Positions 45,079-55,477 of a stretch of DNA of 64,000 nucleotides are shown here, in pieces (positions within the stretch are counted from its first letter, which is position 1; each line of letters begins with the position of its first letter). The DNA is from Candidatus Micrarchaeota archaeon. Lineage in GTDB: Archaea > Micrarchaeota > Micrarchaeia > Micrarchaeales > CABMGC01. Both the position numbers and the translations under genes were made by a program. Below the pieces are notes generated by a model that made no database searches, was not told the origin of the DNA, and saw nothing but the letters and a program-made list of their open reading frames with translations. The stretch lies in the NCBI GenBank assembly GCA_027365175.1, contig DAHXNY010000003.1, positions 24,634 through 88,633 of the forward strand. Reading direction: 5' to 3'.

Positions 45079-46815
45079 ATGGAGATACTCAGATACGACA
45101 TTGCAATTCTTGGGAGCGGCATCGGCGGATTCACATCGGCAATACATGCGAGCCACCACTCCAAAGGCAGGTTGAGAATAGCAGTCGTATCCAAACTGCA
45201 TGCGATGAGAAGCCATTCGGTCTCCGCGGAAGGGGGAATCTCTGGAGTGCTCTACCATGGCAAAGGAGACTCTGAGAGTTTGCATGCTTATGACACGATA
45301 AAGGGATCTGACTATCTGGCAGACCAGGATGCTGTTGAGCTTCTTGTAAGAAATGCACCTAAGGAGATAAAGTTCTTCGAGCATATAGGCGTGCCTTGGA
45401 ACAGGAGCGAAGACGCGGTAATACAGCAGCGCGCCTTCGGAGGGATGAGCATACCGAGGACGGTATTTGCTGCAGATAAGACAGGTTTCTTCATGATGCG
45501 CGCGCTTTACGACTATACGCTGCAGCTGAAGAATGTCGATATATTCCATGAGAACTTCGCCACTGCCATACTTATGAATAAGGGGAGAGCGGCAGGCATA
45601 TTCATGATGGACCTCGCCACCAGGGAGATGAAGCTGATCGAAGCGAATTCCATAATAATAGCTACTGGCGGTTTCTCAAAGGTATATGGCTTCACAACCA
45701 CCTCGCACTCGACTACGGGAGATGGCATAGCTCTCGCATACAGAGCAGGCATTTCGTTAAAGGATATGGAGTTTGTGCAGTTCCATCCTACGGGCCTGAT
45801 ACCAAGTGGCATACTGATAACGGAAGCTGCGCGCGGAGAGGGAGGTTATCTCAGGAACTCTGATGGGAGAAGGTTCATGGAGGATTATGCCAAGAGCCAT
45901 ATGGAACTCGCGCCGAGGGACATAATATCAAGGGCGATAATGACCGAGATAGGAAAGGGCAACGGAGTGCTCCATGCGGAGTCAGGACTGGAGCATGTAT
46001 GGCTTGACCTGCGGCATCTTGACAGGGCGAAGATAGACGAGAGGCTGCCGATGATAAAGGATATAACGATAAAGATGCTCGGGATAGATCCTTCAGAGGA
46101 GCAGATACCGGTAAGGCCCGTCGCGCACTTCACCATGGGAGGCATAAACACCGACATACATGGACACGCGATGCTTAATGGCAAGAAGCATGCGGATGGA
46201 GTATGGGCAGTAGGGGAGTGCGGATGCGTAAGCGTGCACGGGGCGAACAGGCTGGGAAGCAACTCGTTGAGCCAGTGTTCTGTATGGGGCAGGATTGCAG
46301 GAATTGAGGCTGCAAAGAACGCAATGTCTGCACGCAGGAATGATGCAAAGGCGCTGCATGCGCAGGCTGAGGATGAGGAGATGAGGATAACTGAACTTCT
46401 TGACAGAGAGACAGGCAGTGATCCTTACGAGATAAGGAAGGAGCTCAACCATCTTATGGATTCGCTTGTCTATGTTTACAGAAAGACCAATGAACTGAAG
46501 AGAGCAAAGAAAGGCATTGAGAGACTAAGGAAGGAGTGCGATAGCATAGTGGTGAACGACAAGTCAAGCGTCTTCAACACAAACCTAAGGGATGCGCTGG
46601 AGACAAGCAATCTTGTAGAGCTTGCAGCGGTGGTGGTTGAAGGCGCATTAAGAAGGAAGGAGAGCAGGGGAGCGCATGCGATGGTCGAGTATCCTAAGAG
46701 AGACGATAAAAGATGGCTGAGACACACGATAGCGGCGAAAAAAGGCAAAGGAATAAGCGTAAGCTATTCTCCGGTTAAGATTACAAAGTGGCAGCCGCAA
46801 GAGAGGAAGTATTGA
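45079..46815 (+). CDS. sdhA: Succinate dehydrogenase/fumarate reductase flavoprotein
   Basis: RSHSVSAEGG, QFHPT, HFTMGG, HGANRLGSNSL, ESRGAH. Confidence 0.95.
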   Translation: MEILRYDIAILGSGIGGFTSAIHASHHSKGRLRIAVVSKLHAMRSHSVSAEGGISGVLYHGKGDSESLHAYDTIKGSDYLADQDAVELLVRNAPKEIKFFEHIGVPWNRSEDAVIQQRAFGGMSIPRTVFAADKTGFFMMRALYDYTLQLKNVDIFHENFATAILMNKGRAAGIFMMDLATREMKLIEANSIIIATGGFSKVYGFTTTSHSTTGDGIALAYRAGISLKDMEFVQFHPTGLIPSGILITEAARGEGGYLRNSDGRRFMEDYAKSHMELAPRDIISRAIMTEIGKGNGVLHAESGLEHVWLDLRHLDRAKIDERLPMIKDITIKMLGIDPSEEQIPVRPVAHFTMGGINTDIHGHAMLNGKKHADGVWAVGECGCVSVHGANRLGSNSLSQCSVWGRIAGIEAAKNAMSARRNDAKALHAQAEDEEMRITELLDRETGSDPYEIRKELNHLMDSLVYVYRKTNELKRAKKGIERLRKECDSIVVNDKSSVFNTNLRDALETSNLVELAAVVVEGALRRKESRGAHAMVEYPKRDDKRWLRHTIAAKKGKGISVSYSPVKITKWQPQERKY

Positions 46816-47234
46816 TGGAGATTAAGTCGACGTATGATACAAGAGGAAGGCAGAGGAATGTGCTTAGGCTTGCCCATTTTGACAGAGAGGGCCTCGCCCA
46901 CATACTCTCTTACAGGATTCTTGCGTTTTTGGCAATAATAACAGGCATAGTCGCGCTTTATGCCATAATATCAGGCAGCGCTGCCTGGATGACAGGCGCC
47001 AAGATATTGACAGGGATTGTCTGGCTCCTTTTTGGCATTGAACTTTACTCCGTATACAAAGCATTCGGCATAATAGCCACAAAGGGAGTAGTCTTCGGAA
47101 GGCTCAACGAGTCGTTTCTTAACTCCGAGGTAAGGATGAAGCGCTGGTACGGAGTGGTCAGGGCTGCAGGGCCGGTGCTGATAATAGCGTGGTATGCGCT
47201 CTTTGCAGTGTTTGCATTGGTGGTTCTTCTATGA
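46815..47234 (+). CDS. Three-TM membrane protein, putative SDH anchor subunit
   Basis: Coupled between sdhA and sdhB; three hydrophobic segments. Confidence 0.6.
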   Translation: MEIKSTYDTRGRQRNVLRLAHFDREGLAHILSYRILAFLAIITGIVALYAIISGSAAWMTGAKILTGIVWLLFGIELYSVYKAFGIIATKGVVFGRLNESFLNSEVRMKRWYGVVRAAGPVLIIAWYALFAVFALVVLL

Positions 47235-48232
47235 GCAGGGATTCGAGATTCATGATCTTCCTTTATGCAGGAATGGTGCTAGTGCCGCTCTTCCTCTTCC
47301 TATACCTAATATCCGCGGTTGCACATCTGCCTTATGAAACATTTATGCTTGGGTTGGCAGCAGTATGGATGATAATCTTCGGAGCAGTAGGTTCTGTAGA
47401 GATATATATGCATGGAAGGGAGCCTGAAGAGAGAATGCCGTTGATCGCTGGAGAGAGGGTGAACATGGGCCTTGATTCTGAGAGAGGCAGGAGACCTAAA
47501 GGTGCAGAGCAGGTGAATGTAAGAATAAGGCGCTTCAACCCTGAGACCAAAAAGTTTGACGAGTACTCTTACAGGGTTTATGAGGACAGGCTCGCCACCG
47601 TTCTTGACACATTACTGAAGATAAAGAGTGTGCATGACAATACTCTGTCGATGAGATACAGCTGCAGGATGGGCATATGCGGCTCATGCGGAATGGTTGC
47701 GAACGGCAAGCCTATACTTGCATGCGAGACCAACCTACTTTCGCAGCTTGACGAGAGTAAGAGCATAACTGTAGAGCCTATGCGCGGGCATCCGATTCTC
47801 AAGGACCTTGTAACGGACTTCGATCAGTTCTTTGAGAAGCACGCGAGCGTTGAACCCCATCTATACAGGAAGGACAAGGAGGAGCAGTACTCTGCCGAGA
47901 GTGCTTACAGGCAGACAAAGGAGCAGGTGAACAGCTTCCTGCCTTATTCATACTGCATAATGTGCGGGTTGTGCATGGACGCATGCCCTGTTGTTAATTC
48001 AAATACTGAATTTGTAGGGCCTCAGGCGCTCTCCCAAGTATATAGGTATTACAAGGATTCACGGGACCAGAACGGCAAGCGCAGGCTCCTCGATGCTGAC
48101 AATCTGCACGGAGCGTGGGGCTGCGAGTTTTCAGGCTCCTGTTCCAAGGCATGCCCCAAGGGAGTCGACCCGGCATCTGCCATACAGCTGCTCAAGGCTT
48201 CTATTATATCGGATTTTGGTGAAAAGGGATGA
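47231..48232 (+). CDS. sdhB: SDH iron-sulfur subunit with N-terminal two-TM extension
   Basis: CRMGICGSC, CIMCGLCMDAC, CEFSGSCSKAC. Confidence 0.92.
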   Translation: MSRDSRFMIFLYAGMVLVPLFLFLYLISAVAHLPYETFMLGLAAVWMIIFGAVGSVEIYMHGREPEERMPLIAGERVNMGLDSERGRRPKGAEQVNVRIRRFNPETKKFDEYSYRVYEDRLATVLDTLLKIKSVHDNTLSMRYSCRMGICGSCGMVANGKPILACETNLLSQLDESKSITVEPMRGHPILKDLVTDFDQFFEKHASVEPHLYRKDKEEQYSAESAYRQTKEQVNSFLPYSYCIMCGLCMDACPVVNSNTEFVGPQALSQVYRYYKDSRDQNGKRRLLDADNLHGAWGCEFSGSCSKACPKGVDPASAIQLLKASIISDFGEKG

Positions 48233-49611
48233 GATATAGAAATGAGAAGGACGTACTTGGAAGCGTAAGGCTTCCTGCAGATGCCTATTATGGCTCGGAG
48301 ACCATGCGCGCTTACGATAACTTCCAGATCTCAGGGATAAAGGTTGCAAAGGAGCTGATCTACGCATATGTAATTGTCAAGAGGGCAGCCGCTTCTGCAA
48401 ACATGGACATAGGCAAGCTCGACCGCAGGAAAGGAGGTGCGATAATCAAGGCCTGCGACGCTGTGCTTTCAGGCAGACTGGATGACAGCTTTGTCCTTGA
48501 TGTCTTCCAGGCTGGAGCAGGGACAAGCATAAACATGAATGTCAATGAGGTTATAGCCAATAAGGCCATAGAGATACTTGGAGGCAGGAAGGGAGACTAT
48601 AGGATCATCCATCCGAATGACGACGTAAACATGTCGCAGTCTACAAACGACACCATGCCTACCGCCATGAGGATTGCGATACACAGGGCGATAAATGATT
48701 CGCTCCTTGTTGAGATTGATGGACTGATAGCGACCATTGACAAGAAGAGCATGCAATTCAAATCCATAGTCAAGCTTGGCAGGACACACCTTCAGGATGC
48801 CGTTCCCATACTGCTTGGCGAAGAGTTCTCCTCCTATGCTTACGCGGCAAGAAGCGCAATGGCGTACGTCAAGGAAGCGAATGAAAAGCTGCTGATGCTC
48901 CCTATAGGAGGCACGGCAGTTGGCACTGGGATGAATGCGGGCAGCAGGTACAGGAAAGCCGTCATTAAAGAGATAAGGAAGCTTACAAAGAAGAATTTCT
49001 CCCTTATAGGCAGTCCTTTCGGCCAGATGTCTAACAAGATTGATGAGCTTGCAGTAAGCGCCTCCTTGAGGGATTGCGCTGCTGCACTGAATAAGTTTGC
49101 AAACGACCTGCGGCTTCTGAATTCAGGGCCGAGAGGAGGGATAGAGGAGATAAGGCTTCCTGCAGTCCAGCCAGGGTCGTCCATAATGCCTGGAAAAATT
49201 AACCCCAGCATGGCAGAGATGATGAATATGGTCTGCTTCCAGGTGATAGGAAATGACCTTGCGGTTAACGAAGCTGCAAATGCGGGACAGCTTGAGCTCA
49301 ATGTCTATATGCCAATAATAGCTTTTGAGATACTGTTTTCCATAAGGATACTCTCGAACGGGATGAGGGCATTCAGGGAGAGGTGCGTCAAGGGCATAAC
49401 TGCAAATGAGAAGAGGATAAGGCAGAACCTTGAGAACGACCTGTCAATAGCTACAGCTCTCACCCCATATATAGGCTATGCAAAGGCAGCAGATATTGCA
49501 AGAAGGGCGTTCCTGCAGGACAAGAGCGTTATGCAGATATGCTTGGAGATGAAGATAATGGATAGGAAGAAGCTGCAGAAGATACTTGACCTTAAGAATG
49601 CCGTAGGATAG
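48229..49611 (+). CDS. Class II fumarate hydratase / aspartate ammonia-lyase
   Basis: HPNDDVNMSQSTND, GRTHLQDA, GSSIMPGKINP. Confidence 0.92.
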   Translation: MRYRNEKDVLGSVRLPADAYYGSETMRAYDNFQISGIKVAKELIYAYVIVKRAAASANMDIGKLDRRKGGAIIKACDAVLSGRLDDSFVLDVFQAGAGTSINMNVNEVIANKAIEILGGRKGDYRIIHPNDDVNMSQSTNDTMPTAMRIAIHRAINDSLLVEIDGLIATIDKKSMQFKSIVKLGRTHLQDAVPILLGEEFSSYAYAARSAMAYVKEANEKLLMLPIGGTAVGTGMNAGSRYRKAVIKEIRKLTKKNFSLIGSPFGQMSNKIDELAVSASLRDCAAALNKFANDLRLLNSGPRGGIEEIRLPAVQPGSSIMPGKINPSMAEMMNMVCFQVIGNDLAVNEAANAGQLELNVYMPIIAFEILFSIRILSNGMRAFRERCVKGITANEKRIRQNLENDLSIATALTPYIGYAKAADIARRAFLQDKSVMQICLEMKIMDRKKLQKILDLKNAVG

Positions 49612-49644
49612 ACGGATAGCCCATCCCAGTTATCGTATATGCGT

Positions 49645-50241
49645 TTATGCCACCCTTAGCATACTGCCGAATATGCTGCCTTCCTCTTCTGCTTGTTCCG
49701 GTTCCTTTCTGGCCTCTTTCTTTACGCCAACGACTACAGAGAGCACCTGGGATGGAGTTTGGTTGGCATATATTATGAAATTAGCGCCTATGTGGCTTAC
49801 TGCATGTTCCATCGGCACATAGAATGCAAGAGGGTGCCTTCCTCTGTAGATCTGCACTGTTTTCCAGATGTCGCCGTGTCCCTTTGTCAGCTCTGCCTTG
49901 TCATTGAAGGTGTAGTAGTCAGGAACCGGCATGCCATCCCTGCCATCGAATATCCCATATCCGGCAATCGAACCTGCACCGTCTATGTGGAAAAGTTTTC
50001 CTTCAAGCGCTTTTCTGAAATTGGGTCTTCTTGACATCTCTTTTAAGACTTCATCATACTTCATCAGCCTTAAACCGTCATCTTCAAGAAGTTCCGATGC
50101 ATGAGTACGCTTCGCATCGGTTTTAGAGATATATATCCCGCTCTCCCATATCTGCTTAAAACCGTTGCTGAACCACTCTTCCTCCTTTGCAGGAGGTCGC
50201 TGAGTTTCACTCTGCCTTGCCCTGAATATAGCAAATGCCAT
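49645..50241 (-). CDS. Hypothetical protein
   Basis: 198-aa ORF with upstream TATA; weak similarity to 20290-20922. Confidence 0.65.
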   Translation of the reverse strand: MAFAIFRARQSETQRPPAKEEEWFSNGFKQIWESGIYISKTDAKRTHASELLEDDGLRLMKYDEVLKEMSRRPNFRKALEGKLFHIDGAGSIAGYGIFDGRDGMPVPDYYTFNDKAELTKGHGDIWKTVQIYRGRHPLAFYVPMEHAVSHIGANFIIYANQTPSQVLSVVVGVKKEARKEPEQAEEEGSIFGSMLRVA

Positions 50242-50354
50242 TTTGTCGCCAAGAAAGCTATTGCACGGGAATACATATTAAAAAGCTTTCACGCGTCTGC
50301 CAATTGTGGAATAAACGGAATGCTATTCCCAAAACCGGCCTGCTCGTTGCTTAT

Positions 50355-51674
50355 TCAGTTGTTTGGGAGTATGTTGTCGATGATAAAATCAGGGTCGTAA
50401 GGCATCAGGTCATTGTACTTCTCACCTATGCCGAAGAAGAGTATGGGTATTGATAGTTCGCTCAGAAGGGATATCGTATTTCCTCCTTTCGCATCGCAGT
50501 CGAGTTTTGTAAGTATTATGCCGTCTATAGATACTGCTTCATTCAGTACCTTTACCTGGTCTAGCAGGGAATTGCCCGCGATAGATTCCCCTATGAATAT
50601 CTTCATGTCTGGTTTTGTGACCCTTGACATCTTCTTCAGCTCCTCGACAAGGCTCTTGTTGGTCTCCTGCCTGCCAGCGCTGTCCATCAGGACTACGTCG
50701 ACATTATGCGCCTTGGCATGAGCTATGGCGTCGAAGGCTATGCTTGCTGGATCAGATCCGTATGCACCCTTCACCACCCTTATCCCCAGCTTGTCCGCAT
50801 GAAATGTAGTCTGCTCTATCGCAGCTGCCCTGAAGGTGTCGCTTGCCGACATTACGCAGGTGAAGCCGTTTGTTATGAACATGTTTGCTATCTTTGCCAT
50901 TGTTGTCGTCTTTCCCGCTCCGTTAGGACCTATGAAGAGGATCTTGAGGGGAAGCTCGTGGGCCGCTTTTTTCGCCTTTACCGCTTCAAGCAGGTCTGCT
51001 CCGCTCCTCTTTGCAAGGATCTTCTGGATAGATTCGCGTATTATCTGCCTTATCTCTTTATCAAGCCCTCTGGAGCTTATGCTTCTGGAGAGCATGTCCC
51101 TCTTTATCTCATCGGTCAGTTTTTCCACTACGTCGTAATTGACGTCGGATTCGAGAAGGCCTATCTTAAGGGCGCTTATGAAAGGGTCTATGTCGCCCTC
51201 CTTCAGATGCACATTACCAAGGAATATGCCTTTTATCTTTGTTGCAGTGCCCACCGTGGGCTTTTTCTCGTGATGCGCTTCGTTGACCTTAACCTTGATC
51301 TCATCGCGCTTAGGAACCGTATGCTGTGCGTTATTTGGAGCGGCATGGCTCTCCTTATTTTCTTCTTTGTGGCTTGGCCGTGCTTTGATCTCTTCCCCTT
51401 TTGCCTTATCTCCGGCCCATTCGCCGTTATATCGTTCTTCTCCCTTGGATATTTCAAGTATGGCCTCTGCCTTGACACTTCCCGTTTCATTTACCGGAGT
51501 GTCGCTCTTTTGGCTTGCAGCAGGCTCTTTGGCAACAGGCGCTTCCGTGTGCTCTTTTACCGGTTCTGCTGGCGGCTGCTGTGCCTGCTCCTCCTCTTTT
51601 TTAATCTCGGCCTTCTCCTTGCTGACTACCGAGTCCATGAAATTAGACAAGCGCTTCTTCAGCCCTTCGAACAT
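50355..51674 (-). CDS. ftsY: SRP receptor FtsY
   Basis: GPNGAGKTTT, DTFRAAA, DSAGR, TKLD, AKGG. Confidence 0.95.
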   Translation of the reverse strand: MFEGLKKRLSNFMDSVVSKEKAEIKKEEEQAQQPPAEPVKEHTEAPVAKEPAASQKSDTPVNETGSVKAEAILEISKGEERYNGEWAGDKAKGEEIKARPSHKEENKESHAAPNNAQHTVPKRDEIKVKVNEAHHEKKPTVGTATKIKGIFLGNVHLKEGDIDPFISALKIGLLESDVNYDVVEKLTDEIKRDMLSRSISSRGLDKEIRQIIRESIQKILAKRSGADLLEAVKAKKAAHELPLKILFIGPNGAGKTTTMAKIANMFITNGFTCVMSASDTFRAAAIEQTTFHADKLGIRVVKGAYGSDPASIAFDAIAHAKAHNVDVVLMDSAGRQETNKSLVEELKKMSRVTKPDMKIFIGESIAGNSLLDQVKVLNEAVSIDGIILTKLDCDAKGGNTISLLSELSIPILFFGIGEKYNDLMPYDPDFIIDNILPNN

Positions 51675-51696
51675 CTACACCACTGACCGTGTCTTT

Positions 51697-52140
51697 CTAC
51701 AGCAATCCCTGTGCCTGTATCGCACCTATCCTGTAGTTTATGTCGGCAAGCTCCTCTCGGATCTTCTGCCTCTGTGCTATGAGCTTGCCCATAAGCTCAT
51801 CTGCCTTCTTTATTCTATCCTCAAAGAATTGCTTTGCATCGTCAAGTTTCTGCTCCACAAGGTACCCTGCACCTATGTAAGTTATTACGCTGTTAATCTT
51901 TTTGGTCTCGGCATTCAGGTACATGCCCCCTTCCGTAGTTACCAGTATCTCCTTGCCTTCCATCCTCCCGCTGCCTTCCAGAATCTCTATGTTCCCCTTG
52001 AGCACTGTCTGCATCGCTGTGTAGTTGTCTATGCTCTGGTTCAGCACCTCGTATTGCTGCGAGTATGCCTGCTGAAGGTACTGGAGCTGCATGTAAAGCT
52101 CATTCGCGTCCGGTGTTCTCTCGTTATTCTCTGAAGCCAT
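51697..52140 (-). CDS. pfdA: Prefoldin alpha subunit
   Basis: Coiled coils flanking EILV...IGAGYLVE; located between aIF6 and ftsY. Confidence 0.88.
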   Translation of the reverse strand: MASENNERTPDANELYMQLQYLQQAYSQQYEVLNQSIDNYTAMQTVLKGNIEILEGSGRMEGKEILVTTEGGMYLNAETKKINSVITYIGAGYLVEQKLDDAKQFFEDRIKKADELMGKLIAQRQKIREELADINYRIGAIQAQGLL

Positions 52141-52184
52141 GAATATCACTATTTATTGTCTTATTATAATAATAAATTCTTGCA

Positions 52185-52850
52185 TCATTCGCTGAGCCCT
52201 TCCTCCATCCTTGAAAGCTCGAATCCTGTCGTATCCTCGCCCACCATGAGGCCCTTTGCATTTGCAACAGAGGCAAGGCCTACGAATACAGAGCCGAGGT
52301 TTGCTGTCGACTGCGACACGTTCTTAACAAGGCTCTTTGCCTGCTCAAGCTCATTGTCAGAGGCAAAGTTGTTTAGGACCATGCCCGTGTTTGTAAGTAT
52401 GTTGTTTGCCCCGACTGTCTCGTATCCGCCTATCGCTATCCTTATTACTTCCACGTCAAGCACATCGGCTATGGCATCCGCCTCTGCCTTTTGGAAGTTT
52501 GGGTTTATTATTGCAATTTTGTCATTTGCAAGTATGTTGTTCCCAAGCGCATTCATGTCGCTCTTCAGCGTGCCTATCCTGAGCTTGTCCTTCAGATGAT
52601 TGAGCTCTTTGAGCTCCTCGGTGTATGTCATCTCTGGAAGAAGAATGCCGTTTGAATTGAGTACGGCGTATATGCCGACAAGATTTGAACCGCTTACGGA
52701 TATCCTGAAGGTTTCGGTGCCGAGAGTCTCCCGTATTATGGATTCGTCCTTTGTGGATACTCCCCTGCTGATCAGGGTGATGTCTTCAGAGGAAGATGAG
52801 AACGCGCCGACATAACTGTTCCCGTTTATGTTCCTCTTTAGTAGGTTCAT
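52185..52850 (-). CDS. eif6: Translation initiation factor aIF6
   Basis: ALGNNILAND, ANAKG, TTGFELSR. Confidence 0.93.
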   Translation of the reverse strand: MNLLKRNINGNSYVGAFSSSSEDITLISRGVSTKDESIIRETLGTETFRISVSGSNLVGIYAVLNSNGILLPEMTYTEELKELNHLKDKLRIGTLKSDMNALGNNILANDKIAIINPNFQKAEADAIADVLDVEVIRIAIGGYETVGANNILTNTGMVLNNFASDNELEQAKSLVKNVSQSTANLGSVFVGLASVANAKGLMVGEDTTGFELSRMEEGLSE

Positions 52851-53332
52851 TCCTTTTTACCTTCTTTGCTCTCTTTTTCAACCGTCTTCTCCTGCTTCTT
52901 ATCAGCTGCAGGCTTTGGCTTTGGAGCATTTGCATCTTTCTGAGCTGCAGGCTGTGCGCTCTCGGACTGGGCCTTTGCAGGTGAAGCTGCCTTCGCAGGC
53001 TTTGCCTCCTCCTTCTTTGGTGCAGCGTTTGCCGCCTTCGCAGAAGGCTTCTGTTGCTGCTGGGCAGGCTTCTGCGCAGGTTTTGCGCCGTGCAGCGCTA
53101 CCTTGACCACATTGCCGGACCTGCTGACATTAAGCTTTATCTTTGACCTGTTCTTTATAGCGGTTGAGAGAAGATAGTTGTTAACTTCCGGGGCTATGTT
53201 GACGAAGGACATATCTACCTTTGCACTCTTGGCAACAAGAAATCTTATCCTTGATGCGGCAGTCCTTATGCCTCTTGGCTTGTGCATGTTCCCGAGTTTC
53301 TTGCTGAGACTTATTGTCATTACGCTTTCCAT
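52847..53332 (-). CDS. rpl31e: 50S ribosomal protein L31e (divergent) with low-complexity tail
   Basis: MTISL...R...IAPEVNNYL pattern; immediately upstream of aIF6. Confidence 0.7.
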   Translation of the reverse strand: MESVMTISLSKKLGNMHKPRGIRTAASRIRFLVAKSAKVDMSFVNIAPEVNNYLLSTAIKNRSKIKLNVSRSGNVVKVALHGAKPAQKPAQQQQKPSAKAANAAPKKEEAKPAKAASPAKAQSESAQPAAQKDANAPKPKPAADKKQEKTVEKESKEGKKE

Positions 53333-53391
53333 AAAATAACCTTTATTTAGTATAAGCTGTGATAATACTGCATTGAATAGATTTATTACTT

Positions 53392-54213
53392 TTACTTTTT
53401 TGTAAGAATGGCGTTTTCAAGCGCCGAACCGCAGCTGCAGCTCCTCTTTTCAGGTATTTCCTTTATTATTCCGGTGACAAGCTCCTTCACAGAGGCCATG
53501 GACTTTGCAAAGGCATCCTCTATATCCTTAGAGTTAACCTTGTCCACGTCGGTCCTGCCCTCTATGCCTGCATCGTAATCCGTGACTATGCCTATTCCGA
53601 GGTAGCAGATCTGCTTCTCCCTTGCGAGGATTACCTCAGGATACTGCGTCATGTTTATGACATCAAAGCCATTTGCTTTGTAGTATTTTGATTCTGCCCT
53701 GGTAGAGAACCTGGGTCCGTTTACAACCACTACCGTTCCGGATTCGTGGTATCGTATGCCCATGTGCTTCGCAACAGAAGACCCTATCTTGCGGAGCTGC
53801 TCGCAGTATGGATCCGCGGAGCTCACGTGAACTACGCAGTCCTCGTCGAAGAAGGTGTCGTTCCTGCCGTGTGTCATGTTTACGAACTGGTCGAAGAAGA
53901 GTATGTCCCCGGGCATGTAGTCCTCTCTTAGCGAGCCTACGGCATTCGTAGCTATTATGCGCTTTACTCCCAGGCTGGATAACGCTTCTATGTTGGCCCT
54001 GTAATTAACCTTGTGCGGAGGTATGGTGTGACTCTTAGAATGCCTTGCCAGGAAGGCAGTCTTCCTGCTTCCGAGGCTGCCTATAGCTATGCCTTCGCTC
54101 GGCTCGCCGTAGCTGTTGTTGTCATGCATAATGACAGGCTTCTTCACCATCGAGTAGAAGCCTGAGCCTCCTATCACGCCGATCTCAGCTGCCATGCTAT
54201 TGCCCTTTGCCAT
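53392..54213 (-). CDS. mtnP: Methylthioadenosine phosphorylase
   Basis: IGVIGGSG, PPHKVNYRANI, GPRFSTRAES, VTDYD. Confidence 0.92.
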   Translation of the reverse strand: MAKGNSMAAEIGVIGGSGFYSMVKKPVIMHDNNSYGEPSEGIAIGSLGSRKTAFLARHSKSHTIPPHKVNYRANIEALSSLGVKRIIATNAVGSLREDYMPGDILFFDQFVNMTHGRNDTFFDEDCVVHVSSADPYCEQLRKIGSSVAKHMGIRYHESGTVVVVNGPRFSTRAESKYYKANGFDVINMTQYPEVILAREKQICYLGIGIVTDYDAGIEGRTDVDKVNSKDIEDAFAKSMASVKELVTGIIKEIPEKRSCSCGSALENAILTKK

Positions 54214-54238
54214 CTACTCATTCCTTTTGTCTTCCTTC

Positions 54239-55459
54239 TTATTTCTTTGCTTTCATCCTGCTCTTTCCGGATCTTCTCCTGTATACCATTGCCAGTATTA
54301 CTATAACTACTATTATCACTATCGCATAGGTCTCATATGCGCTTGCTGAGGAGTTCGTTTCTCCAACAGCAACGAAGTAGTTGTTAGATCCTGTGAACTG
54401 CTGGTTCACAGAGCCGCTTGGCTGCTTCCACTGCTCATATAAGGTTACAGGATAGTTGCCAGGCACCCCTGCAGAATCTATGCTTATAAGGAAGGTGACG
54501 TTTGTCGATGCGCCAGGCTGGAGCCCGTTCACGTATGCGGAACTCGCAATAGGTGTTACCGGATAGGGTGTTTCAAGATTCAGCTGCAGCTGCTCCGCAG
54601 GGCTTGTTCCGGTGTTGGTTATCCTGAATTTTACAGGAACATCTGTCGCGCCTATTCCCGGGCTTGGCCCTTCCGAGTCTATCGTAAACTGTGCGGAAGG
54701 TGCGACTGAGACGTTTATGCGCTGCGTGCTGGTGAAGCGCTTGTTGAGCCTTGCAGAGTAATAGGTGGTGTTTATGATGAGGTACGGATTGCCTATTCCG
54801 TTTGCGGATATCAGCATGGGCTCTGCCTGCTCTGAACCTCTCGTTAGGTTTGATATGAAGAATGATTTGACAGAGCTCAATATGTTAAGCCCGCTTGAAC
54901 CGCTCACCGTTACACTGACATTCCTTGCTGTGCCATAGCCAGTATTCTGGACTGAGAGGCTCAGTGTCTGGTTGTATCCGGTATACAGCGTGGATGGCTG
55001 AGGGTTTGATGCCTGCACCGTTATCTCAGGCCTTCCCTGGACGTAGAAGCTTACCGGCATTGAAGATGAAGCTATTTCGGTTGCCTGTGTTGAATATAGC
55101 ATATACGTTGCAGTAAAGGTAAGTGTGTATGTCCCCGACGGGGTTGTGTTGGGTATCTCTAAGGTATAGTTGTAATGCTTTGCATTTAATCCAGGGTCCA
55201 GCACTCCTATCGGATGGCTGTTCAGCGGGGAGACATTCAGGAGCGGATAGCTTCCTGTCGGCTGCAAGGTCGTTCCGTAGAGCCAGTAGTTGTAAGTGTT
55301 GTACAACTGGAACCTTATCGTAGCGTTCCCTCCGGCTACTACCGGATTTGGCGAGACAGATACGTTTGTCAGCGATACCGAATTGGCATACTGCGCGCTG
55401 GCTACGCCACTCATTACCGCCATGATGGCAAGAGCCAGAAAGATTGTTTGCATTTTCAT
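54239..55459 (-). CDS. COG1361-like S-layer domain protein
   Basis: Signal peptide, repeated Ig-like NTG units, C-terminal TM. Confidence 0.75.
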   Translation of the reverse strand: MKMQTIFLALAIMAVMSGVASAQYANSVSLTNVSVSPNPVVAGGNATIRFQLYNTYNYWLYGTTLQPTGSYPLLNVSPLNSHPIGVLDPGLNAKHYNYTLEIPNTTPSGTYTLTFTATYMLYSTQATEIASSSMPVSFYVQGRPEITVQASNPQPSTLYTGYNQTLSLSVQNTGYGTARNVSVTVSGSSGLNILSSVKSFFISNLTRGSEQAEPMLISANGIGNPYLIINTTYYSARLNKRFTSTQRINVSVAPSAQFTIDSEGPSPGIGATDVPVKFRITNTGTSPAEQLQLNLETPYPVTPIASSAYVNGLQPGASTNVTFLISIDSAGVPGNYPVTLYEQWKQPSGSVNQQFTGSNNYFVAVGETNSSASAYETYAIVIIVVIVILAMVYRRRSGKSRMKAKK

Positions 55460-55477
55460 TTTTACACCTATTAAGAA

